A stretch of 14,536 nucleotides of DNA, taken from contig CAVPLU010000005.1 of the NCBI GenBank assembly GCA_963706285.1, positions 1 to 14,536 on the forward strand, in the 5' to 3' direction. This document shows, in pieces, positions 10,934-14,536 of the stretch. A program made the translations under genes and the position numbers. Within the stretch, counting starts at the first letter, position 1. The number at the start of each line of letters is the position of its first letter. The stretch comes from Candidatus Bathyarchaeota archaeon (GTDB taxonomy: Archaea > Thermoproteota > Bathyarchaeia > 40CM-2-53-6). The notes under the pieces are model-generated. The model searched no databases. It had not been told where the DNA came from and worked only from the letters and a program-made list of their open reading frames with translations.

Positions 10934-11146
10934 TTGAATTGTATCTATCTAGTCGTTGATGGCTGCACAGCCCAACCTGTAATGCACGCCTTGGGAGGAG
11001 ATCGTTACAAACCAAGCGGGGATGAGAAAACGAAACTCTGTCAGACAATGGGCGACTTCAAAGACTGTCCGAGATTCGTGGCCTACCGCCTCTATTTGGA
11101 AGCCAAAAGGTGCGGTTGCGGAAGAGAACACCGCTCAGAAACATAG
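10934..11146 (+). CDS. Small Cys-rich, putatively metal-binding protein (70 aa)
   Basis: C-x7-C...C-x8-CPRF pattern plus a C-terminal CGC. GAGTGG lies upstream of the TTG start. Confidence 0.5.
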   Translation: MNCIYLVVDGCTAQPVMHALGGDRYKPSGDEKTKLCQTMGDFKDCPRFVAYRLYLEAKRCGCGREHRSET

Positions 11147-11397
11147 GTCATGATTGCATCTTGAAACCCAAGTGGGATAATTGGATCTACATGCCGAGTT
11201 GGTCTCTTGGCATCTAATAAGCGAATTGACAATTACAATCTATGAAGTTAGCTTCGCGGATGAGAAGCCACTGACCAGACAAGCCTCGATTATCAACTCC
11301 TTGTTAATGGTTAAGCCGATCGATCCTTCATATTTTGCCGTTTAGCGGTCGAATAGAACCATATTCGGACCATCATAGTGTTAATGATCGAGGTACA

Positions 11398-11595
11398 TTG
11401 AAAGGATACACCTCGGTCGCGAAGATTCTCGAACTCGTTTTGGGTCTTCCGCTCGCGATTATTAGCGGTGTTTTGACGCTCTACTACGCTCCGCTCCCGG
11501 AAAATCTTCGATTTCTCATTGCGGGGGTGTTGATCGGCTACGTGCCAACAGCTTTTGTTCACACATATACAGTGGAGCGAATGCGAAAGAGCTAG
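11398..11595 (+). CDS. Small two-TM membrane protein (about 65 aa)
   Basis: In-frame TTG at 11398 preceded by GAGGT. Hydrophobic segments ILELVLGLPLAIISGVLTLYY and FLIAGVLIGYVPTAFV, then a basic tail. Confidence 0.6.
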   Translation: MKGYTSVAKILELVLGLPLAIISGVLTLYYAPLPENLRFLIAGVLIGYVPTAFVHTYTVERMRKS

Positions 11596-11685
11596 CCATT
11601 CTCTATTCGAAAGTAGCTCAGTGGAAACCTACGGGTCTAAACGAGGCTAGACCCGAACGAAAGTGAGTGAAAGCTCCTGTGAGTC

Positions 11686-12102
11686 TCAGTTGAGCACTGG
11701 CTGGCCGCCCCCACGAAGCCAGCCAAGGAGTGAACGGGCTTCATGGTGAATGAGCAAGATCAGAAAAAAACCCAGTACCAAACCTGTTATGATCGACTCG
11801 AACGGATATCCCGGAAGTGGCGGCGGGAAGGGATATGTTGCCCCAGTGACTGTATAGAAAGTAGTATAATGTGTAACCGTTTCCGTTACAACTCTCTTCA
11901 CTATGAGGTCCCTTAAGTCATCCACATGCGCTTCCAACGCGGTGACTCTGCCACTTAGGTTCCACAAGAGTCCTAAGATCGCCAGAATGCCAGCAGAAAG
12001 GATGGTTGAGAGCACGTTCCTCAGAGAGAGAAATTCCGAAAGTTTGGGCCTTGGCTTTGGTTTTGAGTTCTTGCTCCTGCCCACTAATGACCACCTAGGC
12101 AT
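11686..12102 (-). CDS. Membrane protein with Thr-rich linker and PGF-CTERM-like (PGYPFESI + TM) tail
   Basis: Basic N-terminus, TM VLSTILSAGILAILGLLW, short coiled segment, TETVTHYTTFYTVT, then LPGYPFESIITGLVLGFFLILLI. Confidence 0.65.
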   Translation of the reverse strand: MPRWSLVGRSKNSKPKPRPKLSEFLSLRNVLSTILSAGILAILGLLWNLSGRVTALEAHVDDLRDLIVKRVVTETVTHYTTFYTVTGATYPFPPPLPGYPFESIITGLVLGFFLILLIHHEARSLLGWLRGGGQPVLN

Positions 12103-12541
12103 TTACACACTTATTGACCGGCATATTGTTCACTATAGGGCCTCACGTATGGCTCAGTTCGATCGCGATTTAAGACAATGCTTCTTTCGGCTAGGCCTAT
12201 GGGCTAACCCCCCTCTCACCATATCGCGTCGGCTCAACCTCTAGCTTATGCCAATAGCTCGACGTGAAACCTGTAAACATCCTGAACTCGAACCAATCCT
12301 GAAGCTCAAGTCGCCGGATGAGACTGATTACTGATTATCGCTGTCTAGTCTGAGGTGAACATGTGAGGTCACATGCCCCAAACAAATGAAGGGATCAACG
12401 ATGGCGGAGCATCATACAGCAACTGTGAATGGCTAACATGAAATCAAGGATGATTTTGAACCCACCCGCCAGCCATTTCCCACAAACGTTATGACCAGAT
12501 ATGGCACAACTTTCCACCGATATTCTACCGAGGAGACGAAA

Positions 12542-13298
12542 ATGCCTCGTACTTGGCTCAACGATGCTGCACTAGAGAATACCCTACACGAAACCTTCGA
12601 AGAGGCGGACAGGGAGTTCTCTGGATGGCTTCAGTCAGAGATACTTAGTAATGAGGAACGATTGACAGGAGCTTTTGTAAGAACCCTTTGTGACAAAGGG
12701 AGAAACGCTGAGAACATCCTGAAGATCGTGGGCGCACGGTCTTGTTGCCACACCGTGGCATTTTACGACGAGTTACCACGATGTAACACCCTTCAGAGGT
12801 GAAAAGACAATCGGCGCTGATATGGCATTCATCCTATCGGTAAGAGTTCCAGGATACATGGAACGCAAGAAAGCGATACTTGTCCAAGCCAAAAAGATAG
12901 CTACGCGAACCCAAAATTCGACCATAACCTATCTTAGTTCGTGGCCCATTGATCTGGAGCAAGCGAAGAGACTCCGCAGCACGACCTTTTCGTATTTCTT
13001 CCTTTACGGGCCTGAATACGATCATACCATGACCCGCGTAATACCTACAACTTCTGTGCTCGGCATTCTCAAGGCAAATAATCGCACATCTATCATACGC
13101 AAATTTCAAGCCCTACCGTCGTCGCACTCATTATCTGACTTTCTACTGTTAGACTTCATAGGATGCTGGGTAGGTGACGAGAACAAGGAGACGTTGACAA
13201 TCGCCGAGGGGAAGAACCCAGAATTTAGGATAGGACACATAATCGACATAACGGTCGCAAAAGAACCGGTGACTGACATAGAAGACGGCCAGCTCTAG
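12542..13298 (+). CDS. PD-(D/E)xK-like putative nuclease (E..GAD...QAK type), one frameshift near 12722
   Basis: ATG at 12542 follows GAGGAG. Removing one base joins ...NEERLTG...NIL to SWAHGLVATPWHFTTSYHDVTPFRGEKTIGADMAFILSV...KKAILVQAKK...SYFFLYG, about 250 aa in total. Confidence 0.7.
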
Positions 13299-13358
13299 CG
13301 CGCGACGCACCCTAGACGTTGTACATGGCAGGCATGCCACGGAAGAAAGCGTCGAGTT

Positions 13359-14198
13359 TCACCAGTCGACTAGTCTTCGAACGCCCACCACAAAAGATTC
13401 AACTAGCATGGCTAGGCCCAGAGTGACCAACACGCCTGAAAGGAAAGTATCAGTTAACTTCTGACTTTTCAGGGATTCGTCGGTGAAGACTGCTTGAATG
13501 GCACTTGGGGGTCCGTATTGACCAAAGGACCAAACCGGGTTCATGGATCGTTCCATAGTCTTGAGGAAAGTGGGGAGGAGGGATCGTACGCGAGTAATCC
13601 AGCTGTTTCTTCTCGGTCTATTTCGACAATCATTCTGTCAATATGCAGAACACTAGCGCTTTCTATGTAGTGTTCGCGACTCTCCAATTTCCGCACCAAT
13701 GAACGGAGTGCCAAACCCCAACACCAGTCGCTCCTGATCGTAAGAGAGGTCTTCTCGGCAATCATCCAGTCAAACATTAGTCGAATTCGAGCAGGTTTGC
13801 CTTCAGCCGAATAGCTGACGTGGATTGTGCTTCTCATCTGCTTGCTTGTCGTAAGTGGCAGTAATCTCTGGGTCCAGAACCATTGTGTAGTTTATCCATC
13901 CGAAACGAGCTATCTCGAAAGGCATCCAGATTACGAAGTAGACTCTAGGAATACTTGAATTGAATTCCAGTGTTATGTCGCCTGCCAACAACTGCCACTC
14001 AAGTCGACGCGGTCAGTTGTATCACTGATGAAGATGCTCATTATGTCTAGCTTGGTATCGTACAAGCCCATCATGAAGATAGAGCTGGGGTCTGATGGCC
14101 AGCTCATATGTCACTTCATTGTAGAGAGCATATCCAGAACGCACGAACAAAGTTCCTGCGATGACCAGCGCAACCAAGAATACGACTTTTCGTTCCAT
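13359..14198 (-). CDS. Hypothetical membrane-anchored or secreted protein, several frameshifts (errors or pseudogene)
   Basis: MERKVVFLVALVIAGTLFV signal/TM from the ATG at 14198. Overlapping minus-strand fragments at 13803-13991, 13541-13837 and 13359-13556 end in the TM FLSGVLVTLGLAMLVESFVV. Confidence 0.55.
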
Positions 14199-14505
14199 GT
14201 TTCATGAACCTAGATCTGTTGCAACAATCCGACTAGACACCGGGCCCTTCAGGATTTGACTTTTGCGAACAGAAGAAACGAGACGCAAGCCATACCCACT
14301 TGCGTCGAATCTCACGGAGCCCTGTCTAGTGATTTTCCGAACCCTCATTCCCTATAGGTTTGAACATACAATGTTTGGATGCGGAGGGAATTATGACATG
14401 ACGGATGTAAACGAAAGAAGAAACATTCAGGATGAAGATTCGTCGGGAGCCGATGGTCTTCAAGGCTTTCCGAAGGAAACTGGAACGGAGCGAAGCAAAG
14501 TGGAA

Positions 14506-14533
14506 GATCGTGGGTTCAAATCCCACCCCCGTG
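14506..14533 (+). other. tRNA 3'-end-like fragment (variable loop, T-arm, acceptor-like strand); not a complete tRNA
   Basis: GATC-GTGGG-TTCAAAT-CCCAC-CCCCGTG has a perfect 5-bp T-stem and canonical T-loop. No canonical D or anticodon arm at the expected distance upstream. Confidence 0.7.
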
Positions 14534-14536
14534 CTT

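Noticed and set aside
11616-11670. Hammerhead ribozyme
   Set aside because: GAAA is present but the CUGANGA core is missing.
12455-12465. TTTGAACCCAC, an inverted match to the T-arm at 14510-14520
   Set aside because: Only 11 bp and the T-stem is not completed; compatible with chance.
12721-12732. 12-bp repeat GAAGATCGTGGG also at 14503-14514 (possible att pair)
   Set aside because: Several 12-mer matches are expected by chance in 14.5 kb; this one lies inside a coding region at a probable indel.
14326-14526. Minus-strand ORF MGFEPTIFHF...
   Set aside because: GFEPT is the antisense translation of a tRNA T-arm, and no integrase motifs follow.
14440-14536. Complete tRNA gene
   Set aside because: Only the T-arm and 3' strand are canonical; no matching 5' acceptor, D-arm or anticodon arm at the normal spacing.

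Overview
Archaeal chromosomal window; gene content and a PGF-like sorting signal suggest Thermoproteota, possibly Bathyarchaeia (inference). Bases 1-10353 are housekeeping genes: a PLP-dependent Ser/Thr dehydratase (5' truncated), a DUF523+DUF1722 (YbgA-like) protein, a minus-strand cluster (Zn-ribbon, EF-1beta, cdc48, small wHTH, geranylgeranyl reductase), a V4R protein, a hypothetical protein, and a divergent Nre/FEN-1 pair. Bases 10354-14536 look accessory, with low coding density: a small Cys-rich protein, membrane proteins (one with a PGY/PGF-CTERM-like tail), a GAD...QAK PD-(D/E)xK-like nuclease, and a hairpin-rich element ending in a tRNA T-arm. Many genes carry single-base frameshifts, most likely long-read errors. 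The best non-coding leads are twin GTTAC-N5-GTAAC operators around the cdc48 TATA box, a two-hairpin candidate ncRNA at 6343-6542, and a tRNA-like structured element at 14282-14533. No novel system can be confirmed from the sequence alone.
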